This document shows, piece after piece, positions 8,898 to 17,128 of a stretch of DNA of 27,072 nt. Position 1 is the first letter of the stretch. Each line of letters opens with the position of its first letter. Source of the DNA: an uncultured Verrucomicrobiota bacterium (lineage in GTDB: Bacteria; Verrucomicrobiota; Kiritimatiellia; Kiritimatiellales; Tichowtungiaceae); the NCBI GenBank assembly GCA_964542135.1, contig CAZITJ010000019.1, positions 1-27,072 of the forward strand, given 5' to 3'. The position numbers and the translations under genes were made by a program. The notes under the pieces were generated by a model that was given only the letters and a program-made list of their open reading frames with translations, had not been told where the DNA came from and ran no database searches.

Positions 8898-9006
8898 AAC
8901 CCGTTTGAGCGCGACGGGTTGAAAAAGCCGGTGCGCGCCGTACCGCGCCGCCCCGGCGGATTGTTCCGACATCCTCCTGTGCTTCACGGAGCGCCGGAGA
9001 GGGCGC

Positions 9007-12000
9007 TCACAGTTCGGTGCGGACGAGGCGGCGCAGGCGCGCGACGAAACCGTCGGCGAGGCTGACCATGACCGGCACGAGAATGAGGGTCAGCACGGTG
9101 GCGACGGCCAGCCCGAAGATGACGGCCACGGCCATGGGCGCCCACCACGCGCTGGTGCTGCCGCCTGCGCTGATTTTAAACGGGAATTCGTGCACGTCGA
9201 TGCTCCAGCCGACAGCCATCGGAAGCAGCCCGAGAATGGTGGTGCCCGCGGTGAGCAGCACCGGACGCAGGCGGAGCCGTCCGGCGGTGATGATGGCGTC
9301 CAGGTTGTCCATGCCCTCCCGGCGCTGCTGGCCGATGCAGTCGATGAGTACAATGGCATTGTTGACGACGATCCCGGCCAGGCTGATGATGCCCAGCCCG
9401 GTCATGACGACGCTGGCGCGCGTCCCGGTGAGCAGAAGGCCCCACATGACCCCGATGATGGAGAGGATGATCGATAAAAAGATAATCAGCGGCAGCAGTA
9501 CGGAATTGAACTGGATCACCAGGATGACAAGAATGCCGGCAACGGCGATCAGGAAGGCGTTCATCAGAAACGACATGGATTTCTGCATTTCCTCGTTGTC
9601 GCCCGCATAATAAATGGAGTAGCTGTCGGGCATATTCATGTCGTTGATGCGCCCGGAGACATCGGCGAGGATTTCCTGAACGGAGCGGCCCTCGTTGTTG
9701 CCCAGCAGCGTGATGACGCGCTTGAGATCCTTGCGTTTGATTTCACCGAGGCCGGCCGTGTATTCAAAGGTGCCGAGGGAGGAGAGCGGCACGGTGTCGC
9801 CGTCGCGCACGGGAATGCGGATTTCGTCGAGGGTGTTGAACTGTTCACGGGCCGTCTCGGGCAGGCGGACGGTGATGTCGTATTCGTCTTCACCGGCGCG
9901 GAATTTTCGGCGGCTTTCCACGCCGTAGAGCGCGGTGCGCAGGAAGCGGCCGACCGTGGCGGTGTCGAGCCCGAGCAGGGCGGCGCGCCGACGGTCGATG
10001 TTGAATTGCAGCTCCGGCAGGGCGTCCTCGAAACTGCTGCGCAGGTCGGTCAGGCCGGGGATGGTGTCGATGCGGCCGCGTATTTCATCGGCCAGCGCGG
10101 TCAGGCGGTCAAAATCATCGCCGGAGATTTCGATGCTGACGGGCGCGCCGACGGGCGGGCCGCCGCGCTCTTTTTCGATGGTGATTTCCGCGCCGGGCAG
10201 CACCGGCAGCCGGGCCCGGACCTGTTCGATGACGTCGCTGGCGGGGGTTTGACGCAGATCTTCATCGATGAAGTCGATGTAGATGGAGCCGATGTGTGTG
10301 CCGCTGCTGACCGAGTCGAAGGATGCATTGCCCTGGCCGGTGTTGCTCTGGAAGAACTCGATTTCTTCGTAGGGCTCCAGGAGGCGTTCCACCTGCCGGA
10401 TGGCGGCATCCGTGGTTTCGATGGCGGTGCCCTGCGGATATTTGACCTGGATCTGGGAGGATTCGGGTTCGGTGACCGGGAACAGTTCGACGCCGTGCCC
10501 CCAGCGGCCGTAGAGCTGGATGCTGAGCAGCAGGAAGGCGATGCCGAGCAGGGTCACCAGCACGCGGTGGGACAGCGCTTTGCGCAGAAAGCGTTCATAG
10601 CCCTGTACAAAGGGATGCGGACTGCCTCCGTTGAGCGGATTGACGCTGCCCCGTCCCTTTTTGATGAGCACGGAGCAGACGGCCGGGTTGATGATCAGTG
10701 CAACGAAGAGCGAGGAGGAGAGCGTAATGATGAGCGTACGGGGCATGAACCCCATGAACTGACCCATGATGTCCGGCCAGAACAGCAGTGGAGAAAAGGC
10801 GGTCAGCGTGGTCAGTGTGGAGGTGATGACCGGCCAGGCCACCTCGGAGGCGCCGCGGCGGGCGGCTTCCGTGCGTGAAAGGCCGGCGCAGTGCAGCCGG
10901 TAGATGTTTTCCACAATGACGATGCCGTTATCCACCAGCATGCCGACGCCCAGAATCAGGGCAAAGAGCACCACCATATTGAGCGTGATGCCCAGCAGCG
11001 AAATGACAATAAAGGCGAGCAGCATGGAGAAGGGTATGGCCAGCCCCACAAACAGACTGTTGCGTCCGCCCATAAAAATAAACAGCACAATGATGACAAA
11101 CAGGAAGCCGGTGATAATGTTGTTTTCCAGTTCGGCCAGCATGTCGCCGACCATTTTCGATTCGTCCTGTACGAGCGTGAGGGTGAGGTCGGCGGGCAGA
11201 TTGTAGTCGTCCAGCATGGCCTTGACGCGATCGACCAGTTCAACGGTGTTGATGCCGGAGCGTTTTTTGATACTGATGGAGACGGAGGGCTCGCCGTTGA
11301 TGCGGGCGATGGAGGTGATGTCCTTGTAGGTGTCGGCCACGTCGGCCACGTCGCTGAGGTAGACCGGCCGGCCGCCGCGGACGGCCAGAACGAGATCGCG
11401 CATCTGGCCCGCGCGTTCGAACTCGCCGGGCAGACGCACCTGCACCTTGCTGTCGCCGACTTCCAGCGACCCGGCCGAAACGGTGATGTTTTCTTCGGCG
11501 ATGAGACCGAGCAGGTCACTGACGGGAATATCGTAGGCGCTGAGCCGGGTGCGGTCGAACTCGATGCGGATTTCGCGTTCGCGTGTTCCGGAGATTTCCG
11601 CTTCGCGCACGCCGGGCATGAGTTCGATGCGGTCCTGCAGATTCTCCGCGATGTTTTTCAGGCGTTCCAGGTCGGGGTCGCCCGAGATGGAAAAGCGCAT
11701 AATGGGAATATCGGTGCTGAAGTTGAAGCCGTCGACAATCGGCTCTTCCAGATCATCGGGCAGATCAACACGGGCCAGGTCGATCTTGTCTTTGACCCGC
11801 TGGATGGCGGTATCGATATCCTGAGACGGCAGAAACTCGATGGAAATGGTGGTCAGGCTTTCACCGGAAGTGGACTGGATCTCTTTGACATTACCGAGTT
11901 CATTTAGCTTTTTCTCGATCGGAATGGTGACGAGATTTTCCATGTCTTCCGGTGCGGTGCCCTCATAGGGTGCGCTGATGAACACCTGCGGAATGGTGAT

Positions 12001-12117
12001 GTCCGGAAACCCCTCGCGCGGGATGGATGTATAGGTGACGATGCCGAGCACGACGAGAACGGCGATAAAGACAAACACCGCGGTGCGGAACTTAATGGCG
12101 TAGTTGGTTATGATCAT
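9007..12117 (-). CDS. RND superfamily inner-membrane efflux transporter (AcrB/CzcA-like, 12 TM)
   Basis: 1036 aa with the typical RND N-terminus (AIKFRTAVFVFIAVLVVLG..), two large periplasmic loops and the conserved LALILGVGMLVDNGIVIVENI block. A GGAG RBS lies 6 nt upstream. Confidence 0.95.
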   Translation of the reverse strand: MIITNYAIKFRTAVFVFIAVLVVLGIVTYTSIPREGFPDITIPQVFISAPYEGTAPEDMENLVTIPIEKKLNELGNVKEIQSTSGESLTTISIEFLPSQDIDTAIQRVKDKIDLARVDLPDDLEEPIVDGFNFSTDIPIMRFSISGDPDLERLKNIAENLQDRIELMPGVREAEISGTREREIRIEFDRTRLSAYDIPVSDLLGLIAEENITVSAGSLEVGDSKVQVRLPGEFERAGQMRDLVLAVRGGRPVYLSDVADVADTYKDITSIARINGEPSVSISIKKRSGINTVELVDRVKAMLDDYNLPADLTLTLVQDESKMVGDMLAELENNIITGFLFVIIVLFIFMGGRNSLFVGLAIPFSMLLAFIVISLLGITLNMVVLFALILGVGMLVDNGIVIVENIYRLHCAGLSRTEAARRGASEVAWPVITSTLTTLTAFSPLLFWPDIMGQFMGFMPRTLIITLSSSLFVALIINPAVCSVLIKKGRGSVNPLNGGSPHPFVQGYERFLRKALSHRVLVTLLGIAFLLLSIQLYGRWGHGVELFPVTEPESSQIQVKYPQGTAIETTDAAIRQVERLLEPYEEIEFFQSNTGQGNASFDSVSSGTHIGSIYIDFIDEDLRQTPASDVIEQVRARLPVLPGAEITIEKERGGPPVGAPVSIEISGDDFDRLTALADEIRGRIDTIPGLTDLRSSFEDALPELQFNIDRRRAALLGLDTATVGRFLRTALYGVESRRKFRAGEDEYDITVRLPETAREQFNTLDEIRIPVRDGDTVPLSSLGTFEYTAGLGEIKRKDLKRVITLLGNNEGRSVQEILADVSGRINDMNMPDSYSIYYAGDNEEMQKSMSFLMNAFLIAVAGILVILVIQFNSVLLPLIIFLSIILSIIGVMWGLLLTGTRASVVMTGLGIISLAGIVVNNAIVLIDCIGQQRREGMDNLDAIITAGRLRLRPVLLTAGTTILGLLPMAVGWSIDVHEFPFKISAGGSTSAWWAPMAVAVIFGLAVATVLTLILVPVMVSLADGFVARLRRLVRTEL

Positions 12118-12179
12118 CCTGAACTCCTATGGAGTGCCGACGGGTGGAGCCGTGAAATGCCCCTCGCGCCTGTATTCCT

Positions 12180-13235
12180 TTATTCCCGCGCTCCATTCCC
12201 CCGGACCTCTACAGCCGCTCCGTCGTTCAGCATGCGGTTGCCGCGGGTGACCACCCGGTCGCCCGCCGTCACCCCGGAAAGGATCACGGCTTCCTGTTCG
12301 AGAATATCGTCAATGCGCACCAGCTGCCGGACCGCGCGTCCGTCGCGGACGATATAGACCACGTTGTCGCCTTTCTGCGGAATGATGGCGTCAAGCGGGA
12401 GCGCGACGGCGTTTTCACGCGTGCCGCGCCGGTGACGCAGGGAGACGATCATTCCCGGCCGCAGCGGACCGCCGTCATTCGGAACCCTCAGCTCGATACG
12501 GAATGCATTGTTGCCCGGTTCGGCCTTGGCGGAGATATAGGCCACCCGGCCGGTGAAGGTGCGGTTTCCAAGGGAAAGCACGTCGAACGGAACCGGGTCG
12601 CCGACCGCCAGCGACTCGATATTGCGCTCGGGAACATCGGCGGTGACGCGTACGGGGTCGATGGCGATCACGTCAAACAGCGGGGTTCCGGGGGTGGCGT
12701 ACTCCCCTTTCTCGATATAGCGCTCGTTGACAATGCCGTCCACCGGGCTTTTTACGGTGTGATAGCTCAGCGTGGTTTCTGCCAGATCATACGCTTTGCG
12801 AATCTCGTCGAGATCCTTTGGCGATACCGCCCCGGTGCCGCTCAGCGTTTCAAAGCGTTCCAGATTGCGGGCGGCGTCCTCGAACGCAATGCGGGCGGTG
12901 CGGTCGTCGAGCCGTAAAAGCACCTGCCCGTTGGTGACGGCCTGTCCGCGGTCGGCGAGCAGCTCGACGACGCGTCCCTGCGTTTCGGCCGAAAGCCGTG
13001 CGTCCACATCGGCCAGCACCAGCCCCGGCAGCACGATGATATTCGGCAAGTCCTGTTCGCGCACCTCCATCACTTCGACGGGGACGGCCTTTTCCTTTTG
13101 CGGCGGCAGTTCCGGCTGCCGGCGGGGCAGGATCATCAGCAGGACCGTCAGGAGGATGACGGTGCCCAGAACCGCCAGCAGGATGCGGCCGGATCGGTCG
13201 AACCGGCTCAGAAATGCGTTGAGTTTTTCTTTCAT
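12180..13235 (-). CDS. RND periplasmic adaptor (membrane fusion protein, HlyD/AcrA family)
   Basis: N-terminal TM anchor, followed by lipoyl/beta-barrel blocks (LSAETQGRVVELLADRGQAVTNGQVLLRLD; VKSPVDGIVNERYIEKGEY). The start overlaps the tolC-like stop (ATGA). Confidence 0.9.
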   Translation of the reverse strand: MKEKLNAFLSRFDRSGRILLAVLGTVILLTVLLMILPRRQPELPPQKEKAVPVEVMEVREQDLPNIIVLPGLVLADVDARLSAETQGRVVELLADRGQAVTNGQVLLRLDDRTARIAFEDAARNLERFETLSGTGAVSPKDLDEIRKAYDLAETTLSYHTVKSPVDGIVNERYIEKGEYATPGTPLFDVIAIDPVRVTADVPERNIESLAVGDPVPFDVLSLGNRTFTGRVAYISAKAEPGNNAFRIELRVPNDGGPLRPGMIVSLRHRRGTRENAVALPLDAIIPQKGDNVVYIVRDGRAVRQLVRIDDILEQEAVILSGVTAGDRVVTRGNRMLNDGAAVEVRGNGARE

Positions 13236-14530
13236 AAGGGGTCCTTTCCGGAAGCAGGTTCGCGGCCCAGCAGACCGGCGGCATAGCGCAGGCGCACCGC
13301 GGCGTTCATGGTGTCGTGCAGGGCCCGCAAGCGGGTCAGGCGGGCGGTGTTCAGCGAGAGATTGCTGTCGGTGAACTCGAGATAGGTGGACAGCCCGGTT
13401 TCGTAGCGCGTTTTGGCGATCTCCAGGGCCTTTTCGGCCAGTTGGACGGTTTGAGCAGCGCCTGCCACGGATTCACGCGCAGCGGTGAGATCGAGCCGCG
13501 CAGCGGTGACATCCAGCGCCACAGCCCGTTTCAAATCATCGAGTTCGGCCTGAGACTTGGCCAGTTCCAGCGCTTTTAAAACCGATTCGCTGCGGCGGGT
13601 GCCGCCGTCGAAGAGCGTCCAGCGGGCGGTGAGACCGGCCTGCCAGGTTCCATCCCATTCATCCGCGCCGGTGAAGCGGTCGGGATTTTCCTGAGTGTAG
13701 GCGGCCGATGCGGTCAGCGTCGGTTTGTATCCGGCGCGGGCTCCGGAAACCTCCTCACGGCGCAGCTCGACGGTCTGCTGCTGTATTTGAATTGCCGGGC
13801 GCTGGAGCTGCGCGGCAGCCCGCAGGGTCTCCATGTCCGGCTTAAAGGGCTCGGGTTGCAGTTCACCCTTCAGTTCGAAATCGGACTCATCGAGCACTAT
13901 CAGATTACGGAAGCGTTCCCGGGCAACCGCCAGTGTATTGCGGGCTTCGATCAGGACGGGCCGCTCGTTGGCCAGCCGCACCTCGGCGGTGAGATGATCG
14001 AACTGCGAGGCGGTTCCCGCCTCGTATTTCTGCCGGGCCTGTTCGGCAAACTCCTCGAGCTGTTCAACGGACGCTGTACGCACCTCAACAACGGCTTTGG
14101 CCAGCAGAATATCGTTAAAGGCGATATGGATGTCGCGGATCAGTTCGGCGCGGGCCTGCCGGAGGGCGGCGCGGGTCAGTGTGCGGTAGGCGCGGGCGGC
14201 GCGAACGCCGGCGAGAACGCGGCCGCCGCTGTAGAGTGTCTGGCTGAGGGTTGCGCCGGCACTGTAGCTGTCCGCCTGCGCTTCGGCCCCGGCGAACGAG
14301 GAGCCGTCGCTGCGCGTATACGCGGCGGAAAGAGCGGCCTGCGGCAGGCCCTCGGCGCGGGCCTGCATGACGCGGGCATCGGCCATGTCCCGTTCGCGAC
14401 CGGCATTGCGGACGGACACGGCCCGCTCCAGACCGATCTGAATGCAGTCCTCAAGGGTGTACACCGGAGGTTCCGCCCGGGCGGCCGCGGCGGTCAGCAG
14501 AACACAGAAAAAAAGCCGGTTCCTGTTCAT
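13232..14530 (-). CDS. TolC family outer-membrane efflux protein
   Basis: Signal peptide MNRNRLFFCVLLTAAAARA, then two OEP repeats (LEDCIQIGLERAVSVRNA...; LTASAAYTQENP...). The start overlaps the marR stop (ATGA). Confidence 0.9.
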   Translation of the reverse strand: MNRNRLFFCVLLTAAAARAEPPVYTLEDCIQIGLERAVSVRNAGRERDMADARVMQARAEGLPQAALSAAYTRSDGSSFAGAEAQADSYSAGATLSQTLYSGGRVLAGVRAARAYRTLTRAALRQARAELIRDIHIAFNDILLAKAVVEVRTASVEQLEEFAEQARQKYEAGTASQFDHLTAEVRLANERPVLIEARNTLAVARERFRNLIVLDESDFELKGELQPEPFKPDMETLRAAAQLQRPAIQIQQQTVELRREEVSGARAGYKPTLTASAAYTQENPDRFTGADEWDGTWQAGLTARWTLFDGGTRRSESVLKALELAKSQAELDDLKRAVALDVTAARLDLTAARESVAGAAQTVQLAEKALEIAKTRYETGLSTYLEFTDSNLSLNTARLTRLRALHDTMNAAVRLRYAAGLLGREPASGKDPL

Positions 14531-14973
14531 TGCTCATCCATCCGTTTGACAACTTTTGCCAGCAGCGCCAGATACTGCGCCCGTTCGCGGGCGGACAGCG
14601 GGGAAAACAGGGAGGTAATGCTCTTCACTTTTTCTTCCAGCGTTTTCGCAATTAGTTTGCGGCCCTTTGTCGTGGGGGCGACGAGTACGACCCGCCGGTC
14701 CTCCCTGCTGCGCGTCCGCTGAACCAGCCCGGCCTGCACCATGCGGTCCACCAGTCCGGAGGTGGCGGGCCGTTTGAGCCCGACCGCGCGGGCAATGGAA
14801 TTGACCGGCGATTCGCCGTGCTCCTGAAGATAGCCCAGCGCCCAGAGCTGATTCATGGTGACATCCGTATGGCTGCAGCCGGTCTGCTCGGTCTTCAGCA
14901 TACCGCGCATCAGGTGCGGCATCAGCTCGGAGAGCTGAACAGCGAATTCACGGGGGCTTAGATTTGTTTTCAT
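14527..14973 (-). CDS. MarR family transcriptional regulator, first gene of the efflux operon
   Basis: 148 aa with a winged-HTH core (MNQLWALGYLQEHGESPVNSIARAVGLKRPATSGLVDRMVQAGLVQRTRSREDRRVV). Confidence 0.9.
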   Translation of the reverse strand: MKTNLSPREFAVQLSELMPHLMRGMLKTEQTGCSHTDVTMNQLWALGYLQEHGESPVNSIARAVGLKRPATSGLVDRMVQAGLVQRTRSREDRRVVLVAPTTKGRKLIAKTLEEKVKSITSLFSPLSARERAQYLALLAKVVKRMDEQ

Positions 14974-14977
14974 GGTG

Positions 14978-15010
14978 AACAGTTCGTACCACGAACTGTT
15001 TTTTTGTCAA
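14978..15010 (-). promoter_or_regulatory. Perfect 10-bp-arm palindrome (AACAGTTCGT acc ACGAACTGTT, 14978-15000) 4 nt upstream of the marR ATG, overlapped by a TTGACA(15005-15010)-16 nt-TACGAA promoter-like pair. Candidate MarR operator/promoter giving a near-leaderless mRNA.
   Basis: The palindrome and hexamers were read directly. No Shine-Dalgarno sequence fits between the palindrome and the ATG. MarR regulators typically bind palindromes overlapping their own promoter. Confidence 0.4.
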
Positions 15011-15080
15011 ACTAAAAAAGGATGATGGAATGAAAATCAACGCGACAACCGTTTTTCAGCGTATGGAAACCGGATGCACG

Positions 15081-15110
15081 AAAAAAAAAGACGCAACGTG
15101 ATGTTGCGGT
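15081..15110 (-). terminator. Rho-independent terminator on the minus strand (ACCGCAAC atcac GTTGCGT c TTTTTTTTT)
   Basis: A 6-7 bp stem (15092-15097 / 15103-15108) is followed on the minus strand by a T9 run (A9 at 15081-15089 on plus). It lies about 350 nt downstream of the nrdG stop and just upstream of the marR promoter. Confidence 0.55.
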
Positions 15111-15250
15111 TAAGCAACGGTTCAACGGGCGGCCGTCAAGAGCAAACGTTCTCCCTGGGGTCAAAGCGCCGCCTGACCCGCCCGGCATTCACCGGCTCCG
15201 CCTGTTTCCGTCTCCCGCACCGGCGGTTCGACCGTCGCCCCGTTCAACGC

Positions 15251-15358
15251 TCCCATACCTTTAAAGGTATGGAATTAAATATTTATAACCATTTGGTATA
15301 AAAATGTTTATAAATATTTTGTTTTGGCATATCCCGCACCTTTAAAGGTTTTGGTATA
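15251..15358. repeat. AT-rich array of palindromes and short direct repeats: TCCC..ACCTTTAAAGGT x2 (15251-15272, which includes the perfect 20-bp palindrome CCATACCTTTAAAGGTATGG at 15253-15272, and 15332-15354); TTTGGYATA x3 (15292, 15323, 15350); AAATATTT x2 (15277, 15312)
   Basis: Read directly from the sequence. The composition contrasts sharply with the GC-rich flanks. Confidence 0.7.
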
Positions 15359-15459
15359 TTTTTATATACTCTTCTCTATCAACAGGATAAGTCAGGATGC
15401 GGGGGGCGGGCAGCAATGACGACAAAGCCGCTTTTTTATCCGTTTGCTCCGGCCACTGA

Positions 15460-16185
15460 TTACGCGCCGCGGACGGTGATGGTTTCCGCGAAGGGCTCCA
15501 GCAGGACTTCGAGTTCGAGCAGACGATCGGGCGGGGTGCGTTTGAGGGTGCGGAATTTTTCGCCGGGCAGGGTGTCCTGCGGCACGAAGGCCTGCAGGGC
15601 CCAGTGCTTTGCGCCGCGGATGAGGGCGCCGGCTTCGAGCATTTTTTCGTTACTGTGGAAGGGCTCGATGACGGTGGTGCGGAATTCATAGTCCACCCCG
15701 CTTTTCATGATCTGTTTTACGGATTCCTCGATTTTTTCCGTGCGCGTGAAGCCGGCGAGTTCGGGATAGCCGGAGAGACCGGTTTTAATGTCCATGGCGA
15801 TGAAGTCAATCTGCGGGAGCAGGTCGCGCAGTACGTCGGGGCGCGATCCGTTGGTGTCGAGTTTGATTTTAAAGCCGCCGTCGCGGAAGAAGGCGATGAG
15901 TTCGGGCAGAGCGGCCTCCAGCGTCGGTTCGCCGCCGGTGATGCAGACGGCGTCGACCCATTCGCTGCGGAATTTTTTTGTGACTTCTTCGAGTCGGCTC
16001 CAGGGAATGCCTTTTTGTTTATGTCCCATGAGCACGGCGTTGTGGCAGAAGCCGCAGGTGAAGTTGCAGCCGCTCGTGAAAAAGACCCCGCAGAGATGAC
16101 CGGGGTAGTCGATCATGGAGGGTTTTTCTAAGAAGGCGTAAACAGGGGAGCTTGAGTTTTTTGCTGTGTGTTCTTTTTGAGACAT
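15460..16185 (-). CDS. nrdG: Anaerobic ribonucleoside-triphosphate reductase activating protein (radical SAM)
   Basis: IDYPGHLCGVFFTSGCNFTCGFCHN (CxxxCxxC cluster motif in the NrdG context), ITGGEPT and KLDTNG. The start ATG overlaps the stop of the upstream antitoxin gene (TAATG). Confidence 0.9.
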   Translation of the reverse strand: MSQKEHTAKNSSSPVYAFLEKPSMIDYPGHLCGVFFTSGCNFTCGFCHNAVLMGHKQKGIPWSRLEEVTKKFRSEWVDAVCITGGEPTLEAALPELIAFFRDGGFKIKLDTNGSRPDVLRDLLPQIDFIAMDIKTGLSGYPELAGFTRTEKIEESVKQIMKSGVDYEFRTTVIEPFHSNEKMLEAGALIRGAKHWALQAFVPQDTLPGEKFRTLKRTPPDRLLELEVLLEPFAETITVRGA

Positions 16186-16490
16186 TACACCAGCACCCCG
16201 ACACCTTTGCGTTCCACCACATCAAGCAGTTTTTTGGATGCACCGGCGGGCTTTTTGATGCCGCGTTCCCACTTTTGCACGGTGGAGGGGCTGATGTTCA
16301 GCACCGTGGCCAGCGCCGACTGGCTGAGATGGTTACGCTTGCGGATCGAAACGATCTTTTCCGGCGGATAATCGTGAACCTCAGGGATGCACAGCGTTTC
16401 GATGTTTTTCATGGTAATCTCATCCACAATCCCGCTCCTGTTCAGATCGGAAACGGTCTTGGTGATGGAATCTGCAATCGATTGTCTCAT
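16185..16490 (-). CDS. XRE-type HTH antitoxin (HigA/NadS-like, COG2944-type)
   Basis: HTH core IRKRNHLSQSALATVLNISPSTVQKWERGIKKP. 101 aa. The start overlaps the toxin stop (ATGA). Confidence 0.8.
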   Translation of the reverse strand: MRQSIADSITKTVSDLNRSGIVDEITMKNIETLCIPEVHDYPPEKIVSIRKRNHLSQSALATVLNISPSTVQKWERGIKKPAGASKKLLDVVERKGVGVLV

Positions 16491-16855
16491 TTGGACACCT
16501 CCCTCAAATCGCCGTTTTTAACGGCTGTTGCAATTTGTTCTTCACTCAAGCCGAGCAGAATTTTTGAAAACTCCTTGAATGCCAGCAGTTCCTTTGCGCT
16601 CAGATTACTCTTTTCGTTTTTTGCAAATCCGTGAATGAAAATGGCTCGTTGATCTCGTTTATAGCAAATAATTGTCCGCCCGCTGCCGCTTTTACCCTTC
16701 CCGGGGAAGCGGATCCGCTTTTTATAGAGGTGACCACCCAGCGAAGCTTCAAATGACCCCTGTTTTAGTTCATCAAGTGCGTTCCTCAGTGCAGTTAAGC
16801 CAACGGACTGTTTGGATGCCCACTTGCTGAACTGCCGGGTCATCAGGTCATTCAT
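16487..16855 (-). CDS. RelE/HigB-like type II toxin (DUF1044/COG4737-type), encoded upstream of its antitoxin
   Basis: FSKWASKQ...GGHLYKKRIRFPGKGKSGSGRTIICYKRDQRAIFIHGFAKNEKSNLSAKELLAFKEFSKILL is the typical pattern of this toxin family as I recall it. The toxin-first order with an XRE partner matches HigBA-type modules. Confidence 0.75.
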   Translation of the reverse strand: MNDLMTRQFSKWASKQSVGLTALRNALDELKQGSFEASLGGHLYKKRIRFPGKGKSGSGRTIICYKRDQRAIFIHGFAKNEKSNLSAKELLAFKEFSKILLGLSEEQIATAVKNGDLREVSK

Positions 16856-16861
16856 AACTTT

Positions 16862-16890
16862 TGTATAGCACCTAGTCCTACAATGGTCAA
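16862..16890 (-). promoter_or_regulatory. Sigma70-like promoter for the toxin-antitoxin-nrdG unit: TTGACC (16885-16890), 17 nt spacer, TATACA (16862-16867), 6 nt, then ATG. This predicts a leaderless mRNA. A CACCT-N16-AGGTG inverted repeat (16869-16894) overlaps the spacer and the -35 hexamer.
   Basis: Hexamers and spacing were read directly. No SD sequence precedes the toxin ATG. Confidence 0.4.
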
Positions 16891-17128
16891 GGTGTTTTCA
16901 GGACCGGGCCGCTCCACCTTAGAGGCTGATGATGAGCATGCCCTTTTCCCTGGTGGCCGGGCAGGCGCGGGCCCGGGTGTGGTCGATGTTGCAGTTTTTC
17001 AGAAAGGCGATTCCGGAGACCTGTCCCCGGCCTTACACTTCGTGCAGGGTGTCGGCGCCGGGCGTTTCGTTGGTGCAGGACATTGGAATGCCATGATGAT
17101 CTCCTTTTTTTGGAAGCGAGGGCGCGCC

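Noticed and set aside
8898-9008. Hairpins AACCCGT-N9-ACGGGTT (8898-8920) and GAGCGCC-N6-GGCGCTC (8989-9008) between the convergent M20 and RND genes, considered as terminators
   Set aside because: Neither has a U-tract on the relevant strand, and the second includes the RND stop codon. They may assist termination but cannot be called intrinsic terminators from sequence alone.
9017-11907. Long plus-strand ORFs (197, 290, 338 aa and others) opposite the RND transporter gene
   Set aside because: These are antisense shadow ORFs typical of GC-rich coding DNA. Their products are low-complexity and Arg/Gly/Asp/Ala-rich with no family motifs. The minus-strand frame has an unambiguous RND match over the full length.
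15074-15301. 75-aa plus-strand ORF, and a 31-codon minus-strand ORF starting in the 15253-15272 palindrome
   Set aside because: They have no RBS at workable spacing and basic low-complexity products. Their start or stop codons are by-products of the palindrome (its ATG-containing arms read on both strands).
15276-15320. AT-rich segment considered as a dif/Xer recombination site
   Set aside because: It does not match the conserved TTATGTTAAAT-type XerD arm or the 11-6-11 architecture in either orientation.
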